Shown here piece after piece: positions 8,508 through 16,952 of a DNA stretch of 52,335 nucleotides. Source of the stretch: a virus (taxonomy: Duplodnaviria; Caudoviricetes); IMG/VR virus record IMGVR_UViG_3300036851_000202, positions 1-52,335 of that record. One strand, written 5' to 3'. The first letter of the stretch is position 1. Each line of letters opens with the position of its first letter. A program made the position numbers and the translations under genes. Below the pieces are notes generated by a model that had not been told where the DNA came from, did not search any database, and saw only the letters and a program-made list of their open reading frames with translations.

Positions 8508-9371
8508 TTACGCAGCGGAAATGATTCGTGATGACAGGCCGCTGGACAGGTAGTTTTGTGCCTGTTCGCAGGTCTCGGTATTTGGCGGGCACTCTAAGGC
8601 AAAGAGCTTCCCGGTACTCGGGCAGGCACAGACCAGGACGCTCGCGCCGTCGGCGCGATAGAGCGATTCGCGCGTTCCTTCGATATCGTTGCGCCGCTTG
8701 TCGATGCGCGTGGCGTTGATGCCAGCTAGATATTTGGGCCAGCCGAAACGCTCGATTCGCAGCCGCTTCACTTCCTCGTTCTTCTCGCCGCGAAGCTGCT
8801 CGATCGTTTGCGTCTGCGGGGCCATTACGATCTGCTCGTCAACGGCCACGCCGCGCAGTCGCCAGAGCTGCCATCCGTCCTGGTATTCCAGTGCAGGGCC
8901 GTCCTCGCGGTGCAACTGGCCGCGTTCATTGCGGGCCATCGCGCTGTGCCGTTCGGAAATCCAACAAAGCTTGGTGTGAGGCAGGAACCAACCGGCGCTG
9001 TGGCAGATTTCGGTGAGGCCGTCTAGCTTGGCGGTTTGCTCGGTCAGTCCACAGACCTCGCGAAAGTAATCGTAAAAGCCGATCCAGTTCGCGTCATGCT
9101 GGCCGTATCCCGAAGCCCAGACCGAATCCCCTATATTCGGCGCGTCCTTCATGGACAGCACCACGGCTCGCGTCAGCCCTTGGGAGAGCGGTGATCCGCA
9201 CCAGACGACATGAGGGGCGTCCATACCTGCGCGCTTGTAAGCGAGTGCTACGGCGGCCTCAGCGCGTGGCCTGTCGGCGGGCTCAGTGCATAGGCCGATC
9301 TTGGTCCAGCGTTCAATAAACTCAGGAAACCTTGCGAGTTGCTCTGGCGTAAGGCTCTCTATGCGCTTCAT
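8508..9371 (-). CDS. DUF6745-like phage protein
   Basis: GYGQHDANW...GWFLP...ISERH...GQLHREDGPALEYQDGW.L.RLRGV...NEEVKR..IERFGW..Y...CPSTG. Confidence 0.7.
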   Translation of the reverse strand: MKRIESLTPEQLARFPEFIERWTKIGLCTEPADRPRAEAAVALAYKRAGMDAPHVVWCGSPLSQGLTRAVVLSMKDAPNIGDSVWASGYGQHDANWIGFYDYFREVCGLTEQTAKLDGLTEICHSAGWFLPHTKLCWISERHSAMARNERGQLHREDGPALEYQDGWQLWRLRGVAVDEQIVMAPQTQTIEQLRGEKNEEVKRLRIERFGWPKYLAGINATRIDKRRNDIEGTRESLYRADGASVLVCACPSTGKLFALECPPNTETCEQAQNYLSSGLSSRIISAA

Positions 9372-9838
9372 CGAAGTGACTCCAAGCCGTGAGCCTTCTC
9401 GTAAGATCCTCGAGCGCTTTTTGCGTCCTCGATGTCAGAGAAAAGGCCAAGGTGAACGTGTCGGTAGTTGACGCAGATTCCAGCGGCCCACTTACGTGCG
9501 CGGCGATGCCATGTCACGCCGCGGACGCCAGCCGCCGGGCGGTTGCGAAGATTGGTGGACCGATTAACGTCCCTGAGATTCGCGAGCCGATTGTCAGACT
9601 TGTCTCCATTGATGTGGTCAATGTCGCCGATTGGAGAAGCGCCGTGAACGAAGAGCCAAGCCAGCCTATGCGCCCAGTGCCTTCCCCCGCACGCACGAAT
9701 GACGATGTACCCGCGAGGGTCGCGCGAACCAGCCACCTGACCGGCCAGGAAGTGCGGTGGCATCCAGGTAAACTGGCCAGTCTCCGCATCATAAGCCAGT
9801 CGTGAACGCAGGACGGTTAGCGATTCGATGCGCTTCAT
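9368..9838 (-). CDS. HNH endonuclease with AP2-like C-terminus
   Basis: AHRLAW...IDHINGDKSDNRLANLRDV; GVTWHRRARKWAA.I......HLGLF. Confidence 0.9.
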   Translation of the reverse strand: MKRIESLTVLRSRLAYDAETGQFTWMPPHFLAGQVAGSRDPRGYIVIRACGGRHWAHRLAWLFVHGASPIGDIDHINGDKSDNRLANLRDVNRSTNLRNRPAAGVRGVTWHRRARKWAAGICVNYRHVHLGLFSDIEDAKSARGSYEKAHGLESLR

Positions 9839-10116
9839 GTGCTGCCCTCGCTGAGATATAGGCTGGCCCGGCGATTGACGACGGTGTACGACACCTCGCC
9901 ATTGCGTTTCAGCAGCCGCAAAATCCTGTCCGCAGAGCCCGGCGCGATGTGACCGACTTGCTGCCGCACGTAGGCGTCGAGGTCCGAGGAATGGAATTGC
10001 TCGCCGGCGTGAACGGCCAGGTAGTGCCGCACATGGCTGGCGATGGCTCCGCTGACGCGGGTGATCTGCTCGCGCTGGGCGGTGAAACCAAGCTCGCGTT
10101 GGGTGAGCGTTGGCAT
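9835..10116 (-). CDS. hypothetical protein (possible winged helix)
   Basis: APGSADRILRLLKRNGEVSYTVVNRRASLY. Confidence 0.55.
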   Translation of the reverse strand: MPTLTQRELGFTAQREQITRVSGAIASHVRHYLAVHAGEQFHSSDLDAYVRQQVGHIAPGSADRILRLLKRNGEVSYTVVNRRASLYLSEGST

Positions 10117-10337
10117 TACTTGGACTCCACAATCACGCGAATCAGATCCTCTGCCCGATACCAATTCCGACCGCTGAATTTGTGCGGCACGAGTTGGCCG
10201 GAATGGCGAAGCTCGTGCAATTTGTTCTCGCCGATCCCCGCGTGGTGCATTACCGCGGCCGTGTCGAGCAGTTCGCCGGGGCGGAGGATTCCGATAACGT
10301 CACCCTGCCGGCGTTCGGTGATGCGGGCCACGGCCAC
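10116..10337 (-). CDS. excisionase/MerR-like HTH protein
   Basis: ELLDTAAVMHHAGIGENKLHELRHSGQL......RNWYRAEDL; GGAGG RBS; near the integrase. Confidence 0.55.
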   Translation of the reverse strand: MAVARITERRQGDVIGILRPGELLDTAAVMHHAGIGENKLHELRHSGQLVPHKFSGRNWYRAEDLIRVIVESK

Positions 10338-10339
10338 GG

Positions 10340-10696
10340 CTAACCTCCAGCAAACTGACGAAACACATTGACGACATCGGTGCGCTGCCCCTGACGATCC
10401 TCGGCGATCATCCCGCGTTCGATCATCTTGGCCTCGATTGCCGGCCGTTCCTTTTTTGGTCGCTCTTGGATTGCAGCGCGAAAGCGGTGGTAGCATCGGG
10501 TGCAGAGTTGCCTCCGCCATGCCTCGCGCTCGCATTGAAGGCACTTGCCCTCTTTAGTGCGATCCTCGATTAGCTTCTGAACTTTCCGGCTGAGTTGAAT
10601 TTCCATCACGATCACACTTGCTTCTGGTCCGCAAATCATGTTGAGCAGCTCCGGGTTGATTTCGTCCCTGAGTGCTCCCTGCGTTTGATTATCCAT
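10340..10696 (-). CDS. Cys4 zinc-binding protein, first gene of the leftward early operon
   Basis: CLQC...LCTRCY; GAGG RBS. Confidence 0.55.
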   Translation of the reverse strand: MDNQTQGALRDEINPELLNMICGPEASVIVMEIQLSRKVQKLIEDRTKEGKCLQCEREAWRRQLCTRCYHRFRAAIQERPKKERPAIEAKMIERGMIAEDRQGQRTDVVNVFRQFAGG

Positions 10697-10718
10697 GCCT
10701 CATTCCGTTCACCGCGAT

Positions 10719-10766
10719 TGCGACGATCATAGTCGCATTTGCAACCACGTCAACTATATTTGCAAC
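10719..10766 (-). promoter_or_regulatory. candidate leftward sigma70-type promoter with operator-like repeats
   Basis: Minus strand TTGACG(10753-10748)-N16-TATGAT(10731-10726); inverted repeat TGCGAC-N7-GTCGCA (10719-10737); direct repeat ATTTGCAAC at 10737 and 10758. Confidence 0.5.
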
Positions 10767-10849
10767 AGGTTGATTCGCAAATGATACCGCGTATGGCCGT
10801 AAGTCTTTATGCCATTGACAGTTAAAGAATTTCTGCAATTCTTGAAGCC

Positions 10850-11248
10850 ATGCCAGACACAAACGCTTTTGGCGAAGAAACGAATGTCACTGCGGACGCC
10901 ATGCGGGCGTTTGCCGACATGCTTCGGAAGATCGCCGACCAGCATGAAACGATCGGAAAAGCCCTGGAAACCAGCGGGGTTCCCTCCGTGCGCGTGAAGA
11001 ACCTGCCTACCGGCGTGCAGGGGCTGGAGAAGCTCGGGAAGTTCGCCGGGGCTGTTTCAACGGCCTGCCACGATGCATTATCTGCGTCGGCGGTTGAACC
11101 AATCGAGCACGGCTTGCTCCTGCTGAAGCAAGCACTTCGCCGCACAAAGGAGAAGGTAAACAGCCCGCATCCGAAAGCCAAGAAGGCGATCGGCATGGCC
11201 GCCAATCGGGGCGCAGGTCGGGGCGCTCCAAAGCCGAAAACGCAATAA
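10850..11248 (+). CDS. hypothetical protein in the repressor position (no recognisable HTH)
   Basis: Divergent from the early operon, co-oriented with the integrase; basic C-terminal tail. Confidence 0.55.
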   Translation: MPDTNAFGEETNVTADAMRAFADMLRKIADQHETIGKALETSGVPSVRVKNLPTGVQGLEKLGKFAGAVSTACHDALSASAVEPIEHGLLLLKQALRRTKEKVNSPHPKAKKAIGMAANRGAGRGAPKPKTQ

Positions 11249-11258
11249 ACTCCTATAC

Positions 11259-11297
11259 GCCCCGCTAGCTCAATTGGTCAGAGCATCTGACTCTTAA
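11259..11297 (+). other. 5' half of tRNA-Lys(CUU); candidate attP core
   Basis: GCCCCGC-TA-GCTC-AATTGGTCA-GAGC-A-TCTGA-CTCTTAA; similarity to tRNA ends exactly after the anticodon loop; about 40 bp upstream of the integrase. Confidence 0.8.
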
Positions 11298-11336
11298 CAA
11301 GCCCGGCGTGGCTTCGCATATCCATCCCGTCCGTTT

Positions 11337-12446
11337 TTGCCGAGAAAACGTATGGATGCGAATCGAGAGAATGCGAATCAAGGGCCGTTTTCGGGGCGCG
11401 CTTCGGGGCGCTTGCGAGTGCTGATTCGCAGCAAGGGGCCGGGCCAGCCGTTCCATTTGTACTACGTCGATCCTGCCACTGGGAAGGAACGAACGAAGCG
11501 AACAGCCGCCATGACGCGCGACGACGCGCAGCGCGCGGCCGGCGTCTGGGAGCAAGAGCTGGTCGCCTACCGCGGCGAGCGCGACGACGGATGGAAGCTG
11601 TTTCGTGACAAGTTCAGGGATGAGCATGTAGCCTCACTATCGGACAAGACGCGGGCTGGGTACGGCACGGCGCTGAACCATTACGAGCGGCTGATGAATC
11701 CGCACACGCTGGCGGACCTGACGCCGGCCGCCCTCTCTCAATTCCAAGCGAAGTTGGTTGCCGAGAAGCGACCAGTGACCAGCATCGGCAACTACCTGAC
11801 GCACATGCGGACGGCTCTAAACTTCGCGGCCATGATCGGCATGATCGACAAGGCCCCGCGAATCAAGATGCCGAAACAGAATCGGCGGTCGTTCATGCGC
11901 GGGCGTCCGGTGACTGCCGCCGAGTACCGCCGGATGCTCCAAGCCGCGCCGCCAGATCTCCGCCGGCTAATGGAACTGCTTTGGCTTTCCGGCCTGCGCC
12001 TTAGCGAGGGACTGAAGATCTCCTGGGACTCACCGCCGATCGTGGCGAAGCTGGACGCCAAGCCCTACCCGCTGCTGATGTACTTCGCGGAAGGCCACAA
12101 GGCACGCCGGGACGACGCCGTACCGATGACGCCAGACCTCGCGGCTTGGTTGCGTAGGACGCCCGCCAAGGCCCGCGTGGGGTTCGTGGCCCCTGTGTCG
12201 CTAGAAACCCAGCCCCGCGTCTCTGAGGCTATCTCCGAAATCGGACGGGCCGCTGGCGTGGTTGTGAGCGATGACGGCAAGGCGGCATCGGCCCATGATC
12301 TGCGCCGGGCGTTCGGCACGCGATGGGCCCACAAGGTGATGCCGGCAGTCCTCCGCGTCTTGATGCGACACGGGGACATTCAGACCACGCTTAAATACTA
12401 CGTCGGAATCACCGCGACCGATGCCGGCGACGCGCTTTGGAAGTGA
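11337..12446 (+). CDS. int: tyrosine recombinase (integrase)
   Basis: Catalytic residues: SGLRLSE, HKA, HDLRR, MRHGDIQTTLKYY. The start may be the ATG at 11352. Confidence 0.95.
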   Translation: MPRKRMDANRENANQGPFSGRASGRLRVLIRSKGPGQPFHLYYVDPATGKERTKRTAAMTRDDAQRAAGVWEQELVAYRGERDDGWKLFRDKFRDEHVASLSDKTRAGYGTALNHYERLMNPHTLADLTPAALSQFQAKLVAEKRPVTSIGNYLTHMRTALNFAAMIGMIDKAPRIKMPKQNRRSFMRGRPVTAAEYRRMLQAAPPDLRRLMELLWLSGLRLSEGLKISWDSPPIVAKLDAKPYPLLMYFAEGHKARRDDAVPMTPDLAAWLRRTPAKARVGFVAPVSLETQPRVSEAISEIGRAAGVVVSDDGKAASAHDLRRAFGTRWAHKVMPAVLRVLMRHGDIQTTLKYYVGITATDAGDALWK

Positions 12447-12633
12447 CCCGGAAGGCGGCGATGCAGAGCGTCACATCGCCCCGCTTCTCTGCCATCCGGT
12501 TGTAATCGCGAATCACCGATTGCATTTCCTCTCGGTCGCCTTCGGTGTCCTCATAGCGACCTGCCAGCCACAGAACTTCGCGGTTGTCCGGGTCCGGGTC
12601 GAACAACCCTAGACGATATTTCCCCCTAACCAT
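12409..12633 (-). CDS. hypothetical protein
   Basis: MVRGKYRLG...; AGGAGG RBS; convergent with int. Confidence 0.4.
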   Translation of the reverse strand: MVRGKYRLGLFDPDPDNREVLWLAGRYEDTEGDREEMQSVIRDYNRMAEKRGDVTLCIAAFRVTSKARRRHRSR

Positions 12634-12971
12634 GACCAACCTCCTGCCCACGTCACACGTCCATGAAAGACGGCTGGGTTCCTTTATGCCCCCAAGCTCC
12701 GGCGGATCAGCCGGAATTCCGAGAATGAAGATTGCGCAATGTACACGACCGTACTGCAAAATGCTTGTACGGTTTGCCGCAAAATCTCCCCCGGTGCGGG
12801 AGCGTTCCTATGCCAGCGTTACCGGGCCGGCTTGCGGGGTTCCGCGTCGTGGTGACGCTTCGGTTTGGGGTGAAGCTAGCGGGCGAAAAGGACACGTCTG
12901 GTCCATTTGAGTCAAACGGAAAAGATTATTTTCTGGTTGTCGAATTGCCTCACCGCTCGCGGCTGGGGATA

Positions 12972-13235
12972 ATGGCGGGCATGAAACTCATCGGCAAAAT
13001 CGGCTTCTCTTTCGAGGTAACGGCGTCGGCGCTGGAGCGCATGGCTGAAGGCTTGCGGCAAGCGTCCCTGGCAATCGAAGGGTTTCGCCCGATTCTGGAG
13101 CGAGAGAGGCTCGACCTCTACCGTGGCGACTGGTGGAAACGCAGCAAAGGCCCGCCGGACTACATCGCGGACCTGCAAGAGCCCGAATGGTGGAACACTG
13201 GCGATGAGCCGCCAGAATGGGGCTGTGCAGCATGA
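12972..13235 (+). CDS. hypothetical protein
   Basis: 3' part of track ORF 12732..13235; coupled to the next ORF. Confidence 0.4.
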   Translation: MAGMKLIGKIGFSFEVTASALERMAEGLRQASLAIEGFRPILERERLDLYRGDWWKRSKGPPDYIADLQEPEWWNTGDEPPEWGCAA

Positions 13236-13408
13236 TGGATGGGGACGAAGCGATTGCTGTCTGGGATGCTGCGGAGAAGGTCGTAAACGCGACCGCTTGG
13301 AAGCTGGTCGATGATCGGAAGGTGGAAGTATCGGCCGCAGAGTGGAATGCTGCCATGCTGGTCGCTAAGGCGTGGATGGAAGAGAACGAGCCTCCGCGCT
13401 GGCTGTAG
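13232..13408 (+). CDS. hypothetical protein
   Basis: MMDGDEAIAVW...; ATGA overlap. Confidence 0.4.
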   Translation: MMDGDEAIAVWDAAEKVVNATAWKLVDDRKVEVSAAEWNAAMLVAKAWMEENEPPRWL

Positions 13409-13484
13409 CCGCCCCAATCTCCGCACGTCCGCGGCGAATAGGCTCCTACTTGCTTTTCAGGGGGCGGCGCGGGGTAATGCCTGG

Positions 13485-13931
13485 ATGTCGAATGCAGCTC
13501 GCGGATTTATCGGATGCCTTGCCTTTCTGGCCCTTTGCGGCGTGACTGTTCTTTCGATGTTCGCTTGCTGCGGCGGGCTCGGCGTTGTCGGCCTGCAAGA
13601 AGCGGCGAAGCAAGAGGCCCAGCTCGCGGCTAGGCCCAAGGCCAGTGAAGAACTTCAGCAACAGCGCAAGGCACTGATCGACAAGTACCGTGACGCGGGA
13701 ATGTTTGTACGAATCGAAGTACCAGGCGACGTGCCTCACGTATTTGTCGATCCGGTGGCGTGGTCACTCATAGACATCGAGGACAAAGAGGCGTTCGCTG
13801 GGGTGGTCGCCGCATACCACTACGGTCTGGATAAAGGCGTGATCGGCGATGCCCAAGACACCGTGAGGTTCTTCGATCGCACGACCGGAAAGGCTATCGC
13901 GTCCTACTCTCCTCCGCTCGGAATACGGTAA
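13485..13931 (+). CDS. membrane-anchored or lipoprotein-like protein
   Basis: Hydrophobic N-terminus ending in ACCGG, followed by a soluble domain. Confidence 0.65.
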   Translation: MSNAARGFIGCLAFLALCGVTVLSMFACCGGLGVVGLQEAAKQEAQLAARPKASEELQQQRKALIDKYRDAGMFVRIEVPGDVPHVFVDPVAWSLIDIEDKEAFAGVVAAYHYGLDKGVIGDAQDTVRFFDRTTGKAIASYSPPLGIR

Positions 13932-14014
13932 TCGGGCTCGGCCTTTCTAAGATTCGGCGCTGGCGAGCGAATTGGGACTAGCTTTTCTTTCTCGCTTGGG
14001 AGTAGGTTTGAGAT

Positions 14015-14227
14015 ATGGTCAACACTGAGGTCGCGAACGGATTCCAATTCTCGCTGCGGTCGCTGTTGATCCTGACGGCCGTTGCGGCGATTCTGCTGGG
14101 CCTCGGGCGAATGATCGTCCCGGCGGCGCTGGCGGTCGCACCGGACCTGACGATGCTGGCTTGGCTGGGCGGGCTTGTGGCACTCGCGGGAGCTGTAGCC
14201 CTAGTTTACTTCTACGCGAACCGATAG
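14015..14227 (+). CDS. small two-TM membrane protein, planctomycete-type
   Basis: FQFSLRSLLILTAVAAILLG N-terminal motif, common in Pirellulales-type proteins. Confidence 0.7.
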   Translation: MVNTEVANGFQFSLRSLLILTAVAAILLGLGRMIVPAALAVAPDLTMLAWLGGLVALAGAVALVYFYANR

Positions 14228-14234
14228 GTGGAAC

Positions 14235-15278
14235 ATGAGGCGCGGCGTCTCGCTCTTGGAAGTGCTGATTTCGATCCTCATTGTGAGCATCGGCCTGCTT
14301 GCGGCGCTGACGGTCTTCCCGGTCGCCAGTGCGATCGCCAAGAAGGGCGAGGTCGCCGACAACGTAGCAGTCATGGGCCGCAGTGCGATCCACGATTTCG
14401 ATACGCGAGGGATGAGGCAGCCGGCCCGGTGGATGGCCTGGAATCAGGCAGCCGGGGCTTACCAGAACTACGCGCCGACGTTCAACGAATCATTCTGCAT
14501 CGACCCTCGCGGAATGGCCGCCAACAGTGCCACGCCGCTGGCGATTGAAGCCTTCCCATATTCGGCGACGGCGGTTCAGCCGCGCATGCGACGACTCACG
14601 CTGGCGAGCGGTGCAGGCGGCCCGATGAGCTTGCCGCTGGCCAATTCAATCTTCCAACTGGACGATGATTTGACCGTGGTTCGCCCGGCCGATTCATCGC
14701 TGCCTGCCTTCGGCACGGTGACGGACGGCGTTCGCACGAGCAACGGGCATTTCTCTTGGATGGCAACCGTGGTTCCGCAACTGGAATTGCACAACGGCCC
14801 CGCCACTCCCATTCCGACTCTCCAGCAAGATTACATTCTCTCGGTCGTCATCTTCCACGATAGGCCAGGCGACATGCTGGCCGGCGACCCAATACACGAG
14901 CGGGTGGTCACTTGCGACTTCGCGGACGCTGGCGGGACTGGCTTCGCTGGCGGTGAAGTCTATCTGACGTGGGCGGCTCCGCAGACTCCCGCCAATGACA
15001 CGTTCGCCGAAGATGTGCAGCTTCACCTTCGCGCGGGCGAGTGGGTCATGCTCGCGCGCGGGGTACAGCATGCATCCGGCCCGGTCTTTCCGACGTTCCG
15101 CTGGTACAAGGTAGCAGATTGCGACCGCGAGCCGGAGTATCACGCGGCCGAGAGCCACTACGCCCTTGCGGCCTCGCTGGCCGGTCCTGATTGGGACACA
15201 TCGCCGGGCGAGACGATTGCCGTCCTTATGGAAGGCGTTGTTGGGGTGTACGAGAAGACGATCAGGCTCGACCGCTAA
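14235..15278 (+). CDS. type IV pilin-like (PilV-like) prepilin
   Basis: MRRG|VSLLEVLISILIVSIGLLA prepilin cleavage/N-methylation motif with Glu at +5. Confidence 0.85.
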   Translation: MRRGVSLLEVLISILIVSIGLLAALTVFPVASAIAKKGEVADNVAVMGRSAIHDFDTRGMRQPARWMAWNQAAGAYQNYAPTFNESFCIDPRGMAANSATPLAIEAFPYSATAVQPRMRRLTLASGAGGPMSLPLANSIFQLDDDLTVVRPADSSLPAFGTVTDGVRTSNGHFSWMATVVPQLELHNGPATPIPTLQQDYILSVVIFHDRPGDMLAGDPIHERVVTCDFADAGGTGFAGGEVYLTWAAPQTPANDTFAEDVQLHLRAGEWVMLARGVQHASGPVFPTFRWYKVADCDREPEYHAAESHYALAASLAGPDWDTSPGETIAVLMEGVVGVYEKTIRLDR

Positions 15279-15588
15279 TCAACCACTTTACAAGGCGACC
15301 AACGGCGTTTAAGGAGTCGGCCCGCTGTTTACATCCGCAGCGCGGCGCAAGGCCAAGCTTCCGCTTGAGCCAAGCCACTCGTCCGCAAGTGACGCCGGCT
15401 ACCGCAAGTGCAATGGTCGCCCATGCTCCAAATTCCCACCAGAATGGCCACGCGCGGCACTCCGCAAAAACCCTGGAGTCATCATGCGGAGTTGGTTTCG
15501 TTGTCCGTCCGCAGCGCACACATCGGACGCAGCGCCAGCCACCAGGCGCGGAGGTCTTGCACTCGCATTCTTTCCAAGAGCAATTCAT
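15262..15588 (-). CDS. small Cys-rich protein ending the tail operon
   Basis: Multiple Cys; CGCKQRADSLN. Confidence 0.6.
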   Translation of the reverse strand: MNCSWKECECKTSAPGGWRCVRCVRCGRTTKPTPHDDSRVFAECRAWPFWWEFGAWATIALAVAGVTCGRVAWLKRKLGLAPRCGCKQRADSLNAVGRLVKWLISGRA

Positions 15589-16214
15589 AGGGCAGACAGT
15601 GTTGCCGACACTCCCGATACGTCGCACGGAAACAAGGCGGTAGCTTCATCGCAGTTCGCGCCGCAATTCTGCCCGGTCGTCGTTTTTGTCATCGACAAAG
15701 AAGAAAAGTCCTCGCAGTTAACAGGATCGGTCCCGTGGTCGTACTCAAATACGAGAGCGCCGTTGTCCACGCCACATCGCGTGGAGCAATAGAAAATCTT
15801 CACGAATGACTTGTAGTTAGAACCTGACAGTTCATGAGACATCGCAATGAGATAGGTGCTGCCTAAACAAAAAATAGTAACGGGGTTAAGGGTGCCGGTC
15901 TTGCCCCATGTGCAAGCCGCGCCAGGATTGGGGCAATTTGTCGTCGTTGGGTTTGTCAGGACGTGAGTTGCGTTAAATGCGTCGGCGCAATGATACGCCG
16001 AATCGCCAGGAAACCCCGTCCCGTTGGCAAAGCCGGCGAGAACGACCTGCATATCTCCCTCGAAACTATCGGCGCATGTCGTGCATCCACCAGCGCAGCA
16101 GCACCACCAAAACAGCGGCGCGAGCGCGAACCACAGCGAAGCATCCGCCAGCCCAGCCACGGCGATGAGGCTGAATAGGAACCACAGTCGGATGATGCTG
16201 GCTTTGCGTTCCAT
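15585..16214 (-). CDS. Cys-rich putative tail-tip/virion protein
   Basis: Hydrophobic N-terminus, WWCCCAGGCTTC and many Cys; follows the tail genes. Confidence 0.6.
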   Translation of the reverse strand: MERKASIIRLWFLFSLIAVAGLADASLWFALAPLFWWCCCAGGCTTCADSFEGDMQVVLAGFANGTGFPGDSAYHCADAFNATHVLTNPTTTNCPNPGAACTWGKTGTLNPVTIFCLGSTYLIAMSHELSGSNYKSFVKIFYCSTRCGVDNGALVFEYDHGTDPVNCEDFSSLSMTKTTTGQNCGANCDEATALFPCDVSGVSATLSAL

Positions 16215-16949
16215 TTAGGCTACCGGGCATTCGATCCAAGTGAGGTATGGCTTTCGGTGCAGCCTCGCAACTCCTACCCACTTCCCGCTGCCTGCGCTAA
16301 TCCCGCGGTTGTAAACACTGGTGATATTGAACGTCGTGTCTGTCTCGCTGCCGGGCGTTCCGCTCCATACGCTGACGGTCCCGGTCGCACCCTTAGCATG
16401 GCTGGCGTCTGTTTTGCCAAGCCACTCCTGCGGGCTCTTCTCAATATTCACCCACAGCAACTGCTCCCCCGTCCCCGGCGGCGTGAACAGCAGCCGCACG
16501 TCGCCCCAGAAGCGGTCCCCTACTAGCACATCCGCACCGCTGCTGACGTAGGCCCAGAGGTCGGTGGTCGCGCCCACGTTGATGAGGGCCGGGCAGCGGC
16601 CGGAGATTTGGGCGAGGCCGATAGCGTTAGCGTCGTTCGCGATGCCTTCCAAGAGTACAGCGAAGGCTCGCGTTTCGTCAGGGACTTCGGCAGTGAACCA
16701 CGGTGCTTGTCGGTCCAGTGTCGTCAGGGCGTGCGTATCGAACTCCACGATCTCGCCCGCGCGTAGCAGCGTCCCGGTTCCGTTCTTCACCTTGACAAGA
16801 TCTGTCCCGAGGTGGCCGACGTTGCCGCCGCCCCCCTTTCCAAGCCGCCGCTGCAGCCGATATTCATCCGCCGACTCCAGGACGGAATTGGCGATATCGG
16901 CCACACCGAACGGGCCGGGGAATGGGCTGCCAGGTCCGACGCGTGCCAT
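16215..16949 (-). CDS. putative minor tail protein
   Basis: Downstream of the tape measure gene; beta-rich composition. Confidence 0.6.
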   Translation of the reverse strand: MARVGPGSPFPGPFGVADIANSVLESADEYRLQRRLGKGGGGNVGHLGTDLVKVKNGTGTLLRAGEIVEFDTHALTTLDRQAPWFTAEVPDETRAFAVLLEGIANDANAIGLAQISGRCPALINVGATTDLWAYVSSGADVLVGDRFWGDVRLLFTPPGTGEQLLWVNIEKSPQEWLGKTDASHAKGATGTVSVWSGTPGSETDTTFNITSVYNRGISAGSGKWVGVARLHRKPYLTWIECPVA

Positions 16950-16952
16950 GCT

